The position numbers were made by a program, and so were the translations under genes. Below are positions 34,531 to 42,919 of a stretch of DNA of 64,000 bases, one piece after another (within the stretch, counting starts at the first letter, position 1; every line of letters starts with the position of its first letter). The notes beneath the pieces are model-generated. The model did not search any database. It was given only the letters and a program-made list of their open reading frames with translations, and was not told the DNA's origin. Source of the DNA: Patescibacteria group bacterium (GTDB lineage Bacteria > Patescibacteriota > JACPGU01); NCBI GenBank assembly GCA_022703645.1, contig JAKLDG010000001.1, forward strand, positions 338,814 to 402,813, read 5' to 3'.

Positions 34531-35982
34531 ATGCCACTTTCTAAACTTAGAAAACACTTTGCGCAGTTTTGGCCGCATGAGGTGGTTATAGCGATTTTTC
34601 TGCTTGCGATTCTTATGGTTATCACTTTTCGTGACAAAGGATGCAATCAGTCTCCTCGGGAGCAAAAAGTGATTCTACCGCGGTATTTTACCTCGGACTA
34701 TCCGGTTAAGTTCAGCAAAGAGAATTTGATTGCCGGGGCTATCAAAACTTACGATCCGATTATTTTCAATGTAAAAAGAAATGGCGGGCCGCAGGCAATG
34801 ATGGAACGAATCGATCAATACGACTTGGCTATTAATGCTGCAGCCAACAAACACGGCGTCGATGCGCTGACGCTTAAAGGAATTATTTATCTTGAAAGCG
34901 GCGGGGATATTTACGCGCTTTCCGGGTCATCTTGCGCAGGAATTGCGCAGTTTTCTCCCTCCACGGCACGCGGATACGGACTGAAAGTGGCGGGAAACTG
35001 GTATCGATTTTACCTCCGGTTTAAAAAAAGCGGCGCAGATAAGGACGCCATCACGCTTTCACGCATCGATGAACGCTTTGATCCCATAAAAGCAATTGGT
35101 GCTCAAGCCGCGTACATAGCTTCCTTACAGCAAAAATATGGCGAGGTCGATTTCGCGGTTGCGGGATACCATATGGGTGGAAGCAATTTGAGTAATGTTA
35201 TCAGAGAATATCGAGCCGGTTGGCAATCACCCGAAAAAATTACTTGGGAAGATATCGTTTTTGACGCTTCTCCTTCAAAACACCCCAAGACCCATCGGCT
35301 GCTTTTCCATGAGTTGGAAGATTACTCGTGGTCCTACTATTTTCGCGTCCGCTCAGCTATGAAGGCTAGATCTCTTTGGAAAATGGACAAGGCTGTCTTT
35401 GCGCAAAAAGTAGAGCAGCTAAATAATCCAATTCGCAGAACTCAACTGGTAACTGAAACCATCTGGTATCCGGAAGAAAAAATGCCACAATATACAATGG
35501 CGCAGGTAGAGAGGTGGGCTCAGTCGGGACTTTTTGCAAAAATAGAACCCAGTGATTTTCTAAACATCCAGCTTAATAAAGTCAGCGCGCCATATCTGTC
35601 CCAGAATGCTGCCGGCGTGCTTTACCATCTTGCTGGTCAGATGAGGCAAGTAACCGGACACGGAATTACGGTAAATTCTGCTCTGCGCACATACGAAAAG
35701 CAGATACAGTTAGTTCGCCAGGGACTTTCTCCTTCGGTCTATTCATCGCATCTCTGGGGAGAAGGTATTGATATCGATCCTTACAATTCCGACAAGTTGA
35801 ACGATCAGTTGTCATGGTTTCTTGATCAGCTGAAATGGCGCGGCGATATCGTCTGGTATAGAGAAGGCAATCATTTTCACATTACTGTCGCGCCAAATGA
35901 GAAATTCGTTACCCTCGCTAGCAGAGCGATCTTGAACCTTCATGTAAAACAAGCGGAGGAATCTCGTTTCGCCAGCAAGTAA
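34531..35982 (+). CDS. Cell-wall hydrolase fusion: SLT-type lytic transglycosylase plus C-terminal M15/VanY-like peptidase
   Basis: SLT motif IIYLESGGD...GIAQF. C-terminal SSHLWGEGIDID...GNHFHITV (H/D/H metal-ligand pattern). GC above background. Confidence 0.65.
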   Translation: MPLSKLRKHFAQFWPHEVVIAIFLLAILMVITFRDKGCNQSPREQKVILPRYFTSDYPVKFSKENLIAGAIKTYDPIIFNVKRNGGPQAMMERIDQYDLAINAAANKHGVDALTLKGIIYLESGGDIYALSGSSCAGIAQFSPSTARGYGLKVAGNWYRFYLRFKKSGADKDAITLSRIDERFDPIKAIGAQAAYIASLQQKYGEVDFAVAGYHMGGSNLSNVIREYRAGWQSPEKITWEDIVFDASPSKHPKTHRLLFHELEDYSWSYYFRVRSAMKARSLWKMDKAVFAQKVEQLNNPIRRTQLVTETIWYPEEKMPQYTMAQVERWAQSGLFAKIEPSDFLNIQLNKVSAPYLSQNAAGVLYHLAGQMRQVTGHGITVNSALRTYEKQIQLVRQGLSPSVYSSHLWGEGIDIDPYNSDKLNDQLSWFLDQLKWRGDIVWYREGNHFHITVAPNEKFVTLASRAILNLHVKQAEESRFASK

Positions 35983-36002
35983 CCAATTCAAATTAACTCT
36001 TC

Positions 36003-36032
36003 AAGCCGTTCTGGTAAAGAACGGCTTTTTTG
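36003..36032 (+). terminator. Rho-independent terminator
   Basis: AGCCGTTCT-ggtaa-AGAACGGCT plus T run. It overlaps the track's TTG start at 36030, which favours the ATG at 36048 for mpg. Confidence 0.7.
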
Positions 36033-36047
36033 TTTATAATTATATCC

Positions 36048-36707
36048 ATGAAATTAAAAAGATCATTTTTTAATCGCGATACAAATATAGTTGCGCAAGA
36101 GCTTCTCGGCAAAAAAATTGTCCGGGTTCTGCCTGATGGCAGTAGAATTGAGGCTATTATAACCGAAACCGAAGCTTATCATGGATTTGATGATAAAGCC
36201 TCTCACGCAAGCCGCGGTAAAACTGAAAGGAATAAAGTGATGTTCGATAAGGCAGGGTTGGTTTATGTTTATTTAATCTATGGAATGCACTATTGTTTGA
36301 ACTTTACAACAATGGGAAAAGGGTTTCCAGCAGCAGTACTGATTCGAGCTGTTGCTCTCAAAATCCCAAATCATAAATCCCAATGTCCAAACAAATCTCA
36401 AACCCGAAATTCCAAGTTTAAAAATTTAGATTTTGAAAATTATTTAAAAATTACAAAATTAAAAATTAAAAACTTAACTCAAATAAACGGTCCTGGCAGA
36501 ACCTGTAAAGCGCTCCAAATTGATAAATCTCTTTATGGCGAAGATTTGGTTGCCAGTAATCATATTTGGATCGAACCTGTAGAAACACAGATTCGTGTGT
36601 CTAAAAAAATTATCTCATCAAAACGTATAGGAGTTGATTATGCGGGTGAATGTAAGAACTGGGAATGGAATTATAAAGTAGATGCGAAAGCGATAATATT
36701 GTGCTAA
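36048..36707 (+). CDS. mpg: DNA-3-methyladenine glycosylase (MPG/AAG family) with low-complexity insert
   Basis: FFNRDTNIVAQELLGK, ETEAYHG, GLVYVYLIYGMHYCLN, NGPGRTCKAL. Confidence 0.85.
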   Translation: MKLKRSFFNRDTNIVAQELLGKKIVRVLPDGSRIEAIITETEAYHGFDDKASHASRGKTERNKVMFDKAGLVYVYLIYGMHYCLNFTTMGKGFPAAVLIRAVALKIPNHKSQCPNKSQTRNSKFKNLDFENYLKITKLKIKNLTQINGPGRTCKALQIDKSLYGEDLVASNHIWIEPVETQIRVSKKIISSKRIGVDYAGECKNWEWNYKVDAKAIILC

Positions 36708-36739
36708 AATAAAATTATAAAAAGTAATATATTTCAAAT

Positions 36740-37165
36740 ATGAATAATGAACAAAATAATATGTCAAAACTGAATGTTTCGGAAATAAAAAAGAGGATGG
36801 CTTCAAGAGAAGGCTTTACTGAAGTTTCGGATAAGATCAAGAAATTTGGTGAGCTCGGGCTGAATATAAGAGAACATCATAGTATTTATAGTACGCCACC
36901 TGGCGATCTGATTCGTAGAATAAAATGCAAAGAAGACGAGGATAAGACTCTTGGGGAGCTAATGAGCGATGAGGAGATATTGGAACGTTTGGATTATTCG
37001 ATAAAATTTTATAATTATTTTAAAGATGATATAATTGATAACCTGCCTGATGATGTAGCTAAAGATACGGTAATGGGCGTCAGAGAAAATCTACCAAAAG
37101 ATATAGCCTACCTTCGCTCAATAGGGCGTCTTCCGGAAAAATACCGTGATTTTCTAAAAGAATAA
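36740..37165 (+). CDS. Hypothetical protein
   Basis: Intact ORF. No family recognised. Confidence 0.4.
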   Translation: MNNEQNNMSKLNVSEIKKRMASREGFTEVSDKIKKFGELGLNIREHHSIYSTPPGDLIRRIKCKEDEDKTLGELMSDEEILERLDYSIKFYNYFKDDIIDNLPDDVAKDTVMGVRENLPKDIAYLRSIGRLPEKYRDFLKE

Positions 37166-37193
37166 TATTGTTAATGTAAAAAAGGAGGGGATT

Positions 37194-37613
37194 TTGAAGA
37201 AACTTTGGAAGTGTCCGAAATGCAAAAGGGAGTTCAAAAACCAGAATCAATCACATTCTTGTGTTAAATTTCCTTTGGAAAAACATTTTAAAAATAAAGA
37301 ACTTGCCAAAGAACTATTTTTACACCTGAAAGATGAAATAGAAAAAAATATTGGCAAAGTAAAGATTGAATCTCCGCCTTGCTGCATTCACTTTGTTAGT
37401 AATTACACTTTTGGCGCGGTTTTTCCGATGAAAGATCGGATTAGAATTGATTTTAGAACTGATTTTGAAATCAAAAGTAAAAAAACATGGAAGATGGTAA
37501 AGATCTCAAAAAACCGCTATCTTTATTACCTAGATATTAAGGATAAAAAAGAAATTGACAAAGAACTTATTGGCTGGATCAAAAAAGCTTACTGGATGAA
37601 TAAAGATGAATAA
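37194..37613 (+). CDS. Hypothetical protein with N-terminal CxxC...HxC (DUF5655-like from memory)
   Basis: WKCPKCKREFKNQNQSHSC. GGAGGGG upstream of the TTG start. Confidence 0.4.
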   Translation: MKKLWKCPKCKREFKNQNQSHSCVKFPLEKHFKNKELAKELFLHLKDEIEKNIGKVKIESPPCCIHFVSNYTFGAVFPMKDRIRIDFRTDFEIKSKKTWKMVKISKNRYLYYLDIKDKKEIDKELIGWIKKAYWMNKDE

Positions 37614-37636
37614 AATCCGCAAAAGCGGATTTTATT
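37612..37636 (+). terminator. Rho-independent terminator
   Basis: AAATCCGC-aaaa-GCGGATTT plus T run. Confidence 0.7.
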
Positions 37637-37713
37637 GTCTCATTGAATATTTTTTTAATTTGACGGGATAAATGCTATAATGGATTTGATTTTAATATTA
37701 ATAAAATTTTTCT

Positions 37714-38025
37714 ATGAAAAAAATGAGCCTGTATCTGCAAGGTCTTATCAACGCGGTTTTGGCAGCGGCCTATGTCTCTCTTATAGCATTAATTATGTCT
37801 CATGGTGAGAACATTTTTGGCAAAGAGGATGGTTTTTTGGTGCCATTTATCATGCTACTTATTTTCGTTCTTTCCGCTGCTGTTATGGGAATTCTAGTCT
37901 TTGCTAAACCGATAATGTTATACATCGACGGACAGAAAAAAGATGCTGTCAAATTACTTGGTTATACTGTTGGATGGATTTCTGTAGTTATCATTATTAC
38001 TATCCTACTAAAAATTGCGATATAA
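37714..38025 (+). CDS. Hypothetical membrane protein
   Basis: Three TM helices. Confidence 0.45.
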   Translation: MKKMSLYLQGLINAVLAAAYVSLIALIMSHGENIFGKEDGFLVPFIMLLIFVLSAAVMGILVFAKPIMLYIDGQKKDAVKLLGYTVGWISVVIIITILLKIAI

Positions 38026-38126
38026 ATATGCGCTATTAATGTTTGCAGGGTGGTTCAATATGAAAATTTCAATAGAGTTGTATGATGCCTCTCGACAAGG
38101 TTTTCGACAAGTGATATTATGCGTTT

Positions 38127-38657
38127 ATGGAAAATAAATCAAATAAATTCGTAATTCTTTTCGCTGGCGCAGTAGGCAGTTCCAAAAGCCCGATTGCGAC
38201 TTATCTCAGTTTCAAACTTGATCTGCCGATTTTTATTCATGACGTCATCCGCACGGAAGTGAAGGAAGACTTGGGGAAAATGGACGTGAATGAATATGCA
38301 AAGCGCAGAGATGAGAGGCTGCGAGAGATTATTGCAAAAGGAGATTCTTTTATTTATGATGCGAGCGTGGATCGGTCTTGGGAGATGAGAAAAGCGCAGC
38401 TGTTGGCTGCCGGGTATAAATATTGCATTGTCAGTCTTGATCTTTCTATTTCATTTCTAGAACAATTATGTAAGATAAAAAACTATACCGAAACATTGAC
38501 AGTCATTGATAATTTTGTTTTGGAACACAATACTTTTTTGAATAGGTTTAAAGACGACGTCATAGTGCATATTACGGATGAAACTTTTCCCAGCCGTCTG
38601 AATATCGCTTATAACGCAGTGAAAAAATGGATTGACGAAAATAGTAAATTAATATAG
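38127..38657 (+). CDS. P-loop kinase-like protein
   Basis: Walker A-like FAGAVGSSKS. Confidence 0.45.
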   Translation: MENKSNKFVILFAGAVGSSKSPIATYLSFKLDLPIFIHDVIRTEVKEDLGKMDVNEYAKRRDERLREIIAKGDSFIYDASVDRSWEMRKAQLLAAGYKYCIVSLDLSISFLEQLCKIKNYTETLTVIDNFVLEHNTFLNRFKDDVIVHITDETFPSRLNIAYNAVKKWIDENSKLI

Positions 38658-38680
38658 TAATATTATTAACATAAAAACAA

Positions 38681-38890
38681 ATGGTAAAAAAAGACGAAAA
38701 ATGTGAATGCCGCTGTCATCATAAAAAGATGGGCGGTGGATGGAGTGTTTACAGTTTAGGATTTATAGGCGCAGCGGTTTATTACATTGGAACCGCGGCA
38801 ACTTTTTGGATTGGAGTTTTGGGATTTTTGAAAGCGGTTGTTTGGCCGGCACTTCTGGTTTATACATTGATGCAATATATTGGAATGTAG
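38681..38890 (+). CDS. Small membrane protein with N-terminal Cys/His cluster
   Basis: CECRCHH followed by two TM helices. Confidence 0.4.
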   Translation: MVKKDEKCECRCHHKKMGGGWSVYSLGFIGAAVYYIGTAATFWIGVLGFLKAVVWPALLVYTLMQYIGM

Positions 38891-38931
38891 AAGACTAATA
38901 TTATATTAGAAATATTAGTAAAAATAAAAAT

Positions 38932-39333
38932 ATGGCAAAAGGATTTAACGCAAACATCGAGAAGGATACTCTCGAGAACTCTAATTTTCGCAAAGTGCTT
39001 TATACGGCAAAGCATTCACAATTGGTTTTGATGGCTTTAAAACCAAGCGAAGACATCGGGATGGAAGTGCATCCTGATAATGATCAGTTTTTTCGTTTTG
39101 AAGCAGGCGTAGGCAAAGCAATTATTGATGGCAATGAATATGAATTGGCAAACGGATCTGTGATCATCGTTCCAGCCGGAGCGCAGCACAATATTATAAA
39201 TACTTCTGCAACCGATGAATTGAAATTGTACACTATTTACTCTCCAGCTCACCACAAAGATAGGGTGGTCAGAGCTACAAAAGCAGAAGCTGAGGCTGAC
39301 AGTCCTGAATTTGACGGGGCAACAACCGAGTAA
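38932..39333 (+). CDS. Cupin-domain protein
   Basis: GMEVHPDNDQFFRFEAG...VPAGAQHNIIN (cupin motifs 1 and 2). Confidence 0.75.
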   Translation: MAKGFNANIEKDTLENSNFRKVLYTAKHSQLVLMALKPSEDIGMEVHPDNDQFFRFEAGVGKAIIDGNEYELANGSVIIVPAGAQHNIINTSATDELKLYTIYSPAHHKDRVVRATKAEAEADSPEFDGATTE

Positions 39334-39346
39334 AAAAATCATGAAA

Positions 39347-39378
39347 AATAAAACCTCCGGAAATTTCGGAGGTTTTTC
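39347..39378. terminator. Bidirectional hairpin terminator between convergent genes
   Basis: AAACCTCCG-gaaattt-CGGAGGTTT flanked by A and T runs. Confidence 0.7.
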
Positions 39379-39396
39379 AATTTGTAAATTGAAGTT

Positions 39397-40464
39397 TTAA
39401 AGTAAATTGAGTACAGAATTGAGCGTTGATCCGATAACCAGCGACATATCAACATCTTTTATCAATCCGCCCGTACTTTTCTCGTATGAACGATAGATAG
39501 TATTGCCGCCGAAAATATGAGTGTACGGAGAATTATCAGTGATATTTCGGCGCCAGCCGGGCGAGAGTACCAAGTGTGTAACTGCGAGGTAGAGTTCCGC
39601 TACGCCCATTTCACGATACCAACGCCCGCGCATTGCTGCTGTTCCGCCGGTATCCAGCTCATCTTCCCGTGAAATTACGACGCTTCCGGAAACCAAATCC
39701 GGCTTCATTAATACTGATTCAACGCCATAATCCTGTTTGACTTTTTTAATTAATGACAGAATCTGTTCGTCAGCCTCTTTATCCATAGTGATTTTGCCTG
39801 TTTGGGATCGTGTCTTAAATTTCTTTAAGTCGAACAATATCGGCAAATTCAGCTCTTTCGCCAAGCTTGCCGCGCGCGGTATAGAACCTTTATCTGGAGC
39901 ATCAATAAATGTCGGGATCAATTCGCCCCGCAGCCGAGAAACCAGATCAAACATTGCCTTTGCGTAAGCTGGAGTCGGATCTACATTGAAAAAAACCAGA
40001 TCGATTTTTTCGGCATTTTTTCTGGTCTGATCCGAATGAACATCGCAAACTATTAGACGGTCAACCCCATTTGCTTTTAGCATCTCCATAAACCAGAGAT
40101 TGCGGTGAATCTCATGTGTTACTTCAGGATGGTCCTGTCTGCGGTAGGACATGAAAGGCATCACGACCGTGAGGCTCTCCGCTTTATATTGGCGCTTGAT
40201 AGCCCACATCAGTTGCAGCGCTTGGGTTACTAAAGGAGTGGTAGAACAGTTGACAAAAAGAACCGCGTGTCTGCCGCTAATTTTAGCCGGAGTGGCAATG
40301 CGGTCGTCCGGCTCGCCATCGCTCCAAAAACCAAAATTAATATTAGAAAGATTAAGGTCTTTTTCTCCGGGACGCGAATTATTGACATTGCGCAACACCA
40401 GATTTGCGAGGCGATTGACCCTGCCCGCGCCGCAAAAAACCACGATTTTTTCCGATCCAGCCAT
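39397..40464 (-). CDS. Divergent ribose-phosphate pyrophosphokinase-like protein
   Basis: MPFMSYRRQDH, CDVHS, and DELDTGGTA (PRPP-binding-loop-like). ATG at 40464 preceded by GGAGGG. GC above background. Confidence 0.55.
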   Translation of the reverse strand: MAGSEKIVVFCGAGRVNRLANLVLRNVNNSRPGEKDLNLSNINFGFWSDGEPDDRIATPAKISGRHAVLFVNCSTTPLVTQALQLMWAIKRQYKAESLTVVMPFMSYRRQDHPEVTHEIHRNLWFMEMLKANGVDRLIVCDVHSDQTRKNAEKIDLVFFNVDPTPAYAKAMFDLVSRLRGELIPTFIDAPDKGSIPRAASLAKELNLPILFDLKKFKTRSQTGKITMDKEADEQILSLIKKVKQDYGVESVLMKPDLVSGSVVISREDELDTGGTAAMRGRWYREMGVAELYLAVTHLVLSPGWRRNITDNSPYTHIFGGNTIYRSYEKSTGGLIKDVDMSLVIGSTLNSVLNLL

Positions 40465-40623
40465 TTTTATACCCTCCATTTTGATTTTTTAAAAAACACG
40501 CAGAATATTCAGATTTAATAATTAAATAATAGTACAAATAAGAGTTTTTTTCAATGCCTTTTGCATTTTATTATTTATGCTATAATGAAAAAATAGATGT
40601 ATTTCTTAAAATATTATTTAACC

Positions 40624-40695
40624 AAGAAAAAATTTATGCCAGATTATTTGGTATGATTTTTTCTTAAAAGGAGGATTTTCACGAAAGCTTACGGA
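40624..40695 (+). promoter_or_regulatory. Recurrent leader element, copy B
   Basis: AAGAAAAAATT...GATTTTTTCTT stem, then AAAAGGAGGATTTTCACGAAAGCT. Near-identical to copy C. Confidence 0.45.
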
Positions 40696-40723
40696 GAATA
40701 AAACTGAAATTTTTTTCTCAAAA

Positions 40724-41056
40724 GTGGGAGTGGAATTACGACGGGTGGAAGGTTTTATTAATTTTATTAAAGAGCAGGGGGTTGTCGGGTTAGCTGTTGG
40801 TTTTATTCTCGGCGGCGCAGTATCAAAAGTTGTTTCGGCTCTCGTAACAGATATTATTAATCCATTTATTGGGTTAGGGCTCGGTGCGGTAGGGGATATT
40901 AAATCCGCTTCTTTTTCCGTAGGTTCGGCTACGATTCTTTATGGAGATATGATTGGCGTGGTTATTGATTTTCTTGTAATCGCGCTCGTTGTGTATTTTG
41001 GAGTTAAGATATTTCGCTTTGACAAGCATGATAAAAAGCCGGTTAAGGCAAAGTAA
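40724..41056 (+). CDS. mscL: Large-conductance mechanosensitive channel
   Basis: FIKEQGVVGLAVGFILGGAVSKVVSALVTDIINPFIG. Start uncertain (GTG at 40724 or 40745). Confidence 0.85.
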   Translation: MGVELRRVEGFINFIKEQGVVGLAVGFILGGAVSKVVSALVTDIINPFIGLGLGAVGDIKSASFSVGSATILYGDMIGVVIDFLVIALVVYFGVKIFRFDKHDKKPVKAK

Positions 41057-41084
41057 TTTTGTGTTATACTTATTATATTAAACC

Positions 41085-42788
41085 ATGACTCAAGCTGATG
41101 CTCTCAAAATTTTGAAATCCGGAGCTAATGTTTTTATTACCGGAGAACCGGGATCTGGGAAGACTTACACGATTAACCAATATGTGGCATATCTGCGTTC
41201 TCACGGAATTGAACCGGCGATCACTGCTTCAACCGGAATTGCTGCTACGCATATTGGTGGGATGACAATTCATTCCTGGTCTGGTATTGGAATCAAAAAT
41301 CATCTAAGCAAATCGGATTTTCATAACATTATCACGAACGATTATATCGAGAAAAGAGTGGGGGAGGCCAAAGTCTTGATTATTGATGAGATATCCATGC
41401 TCCCTCCCGAAACTTTACAAATGGTAGACGCGATTTGTCGTGGGGTTAAGAAAAACCAAGCTCCATTTGGCGGTATGCAGGTGGTTCTGGTAGGAGATTT
41501 TTTTCAGCTTCCGCCTATCAAAAAAAATGAGTTTAGTGGATATTTACAGGATAACCTTTTTGACGAAGGAGCGCCCGCGCGCTTTGCATATGATTCACGC
41601 ACCTGGCGCGATATGGAATTTATCGCTTGCTATATTGATGAGCAGTACCGTCAGGATGATTTTGAACTTGTTAATCTTTTATCGAAAATCCGTTCCAATT
41701 CTTTTGGAGTTAATGAGTTAGCTCTTATTCAAAGACGACGGGTAGATGCGGTAAAGGCTCCTGATCATGCGCCAAAACTATTTTCGCATAATATCGATGT
41801 GGACACTGTTAATAATCAGATGTTAGAAAAAATTCGCGAGCCAAAACAGAGCTTTCCCATGATTACAAAAGGTCATGAAGCGCTGGTTGCCATAATGAAA
41901 AAAGGTTGTTTATCACCGGAAAATCTGGAATTAAAAATCGGCGCTGCCGTCATGTTTACCAGAAATAATCCGAAAGACGGATATGTAAATGGAACTTTGG
42001 GAGTAGTTGATTCATTCAACCATGATAATGGAATGCCGATTGTAAAATTGAGAAACGGACGTAAAATCGAAGTTTCTTACGCGGATTGGACGGTTGAGGA
42101 AGATGGTAAAGTGAAAGGACGCCTCACACAGATTCCTCTAAGGTTAGCTTGGGCGATAACGGTGCATAAAAGCCAGGGGATTTCGCTCGATGAAGCGGTT
42201 ATTGATCTTTCGAGCGTATTTGAATTCGGCCAAGGGTATGTGGCATTATCACGTGTGCGCAGATTACGCGGAATCTACATTCTAGGATGGAATGATAAAT
42301 CCTTTCAAGTTGACCCTGAAGTACTGAAAAAAGATCAAGAGTTTCGACGCGACTCAAAAGAAGCCGAAGCTTTTTTCTCGCGTTTTTCCGAGCAAGAGTT
42401 AGTAAAAACACAGAATGATTTCATTATATTTTGTGGCGGTGCAATAAATACCGAAGACGTCATTCCAAAGAAAAAAGGTAAAAAAACGCATACGATTAAC
42501 GAAACATTGAAGCTTTGGAAGGAAGGGAAGGGGATTACCCAAATTGCCGAAATCCGCGCCTTGAGTGAAAATACTGTTTTTTCACATATTGAAAGATTGG
42601 TTGAGAAAGGAAAAGTGGAACGCAAGGAACTAATGCGTCTTGCAAGCACAGACCTGAAACGCGCGCTGCCAAAAATTGAAAAGGCTTTTAAAGATTTAAA
42701 AACTAGAAAGCTAACTCCGGTTTTTGAGTATTTTAAGGGCAGACATTCTTATGACGATTTGAGATTAGCACGAATGATAAATAGTTAA
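41085..42788 (+). CDS. PIF1-family helicase with C-terminal HTH region
   Basis: Walker A GEPGSGKTY, LIIDEISML, LVGDFFQLPPI, ITVHKSQG. Confidence 0.8.
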   Translation: MTQADALKILKSGANVFITGEPGSGKTYTINQYVAYLRSHGIEPAITASTGIAATHIGGMTIHSWSGIGIKNHLSKSDFHNIITNDYIEKRVGEAKVLIIDEISMLPPETLQMVDAICRGVKKNQAPFGGMQVVLVGDFFQLPPIKKNEFSGYLQDNLFDEGAPARFAYDSRTWRDMEFIACYIDEQYRQDDFELVNLLSKIRSNSFGVNELALIQRRRVDAVKAPDHAPKLFSHNIDVDTVNNQMLEKIREPKQSFPMITKGHEALVAIMKKGCLSPENLELKIGAAVMFTRNNPKDGYVNGTLGVVDSFNHDNGMPIVKLRNGRKIEVSYADWTVEEDGKVKGRLTQIPLRLAWAITVHKSQGISLDEAVIDLSSVFEFGQGYVALSRVRRLRGIYILGWNDKSFQVDPEVLKKDQEFRRDSKEAEAFFSRFSEQELVKTQNDFIIFCGGAINTEDVIPKKKGKKTHTINETLKLWKEGKGITQIAEIRALSENTVFSHIERLVEKGKVERKELMRLASTDLKRALPKIEKAFKDLKTRKLTPVFEYFKGRHSYDDLRLARMINS

Positions 42789-42919
42789 TATTTTATCGAA
42801 CTGAAAAAAACAAAAAATAAGATATAAAGTACCTTGTTTATATTTCAATTTATAGTATATTTTAATAGACCGATATTTAACTGTGGATATCTTTATTTTC
42901 GTATAGATAAAAAGCCCTC

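Noticed and set aside
39737-40518. Three plus-strand ORFs opposite the prs-like gene
   Set aside because: The minus-strand ORF has PRPP-synthetase-like motifs and a good SD. The plus-strand frames are shadows.
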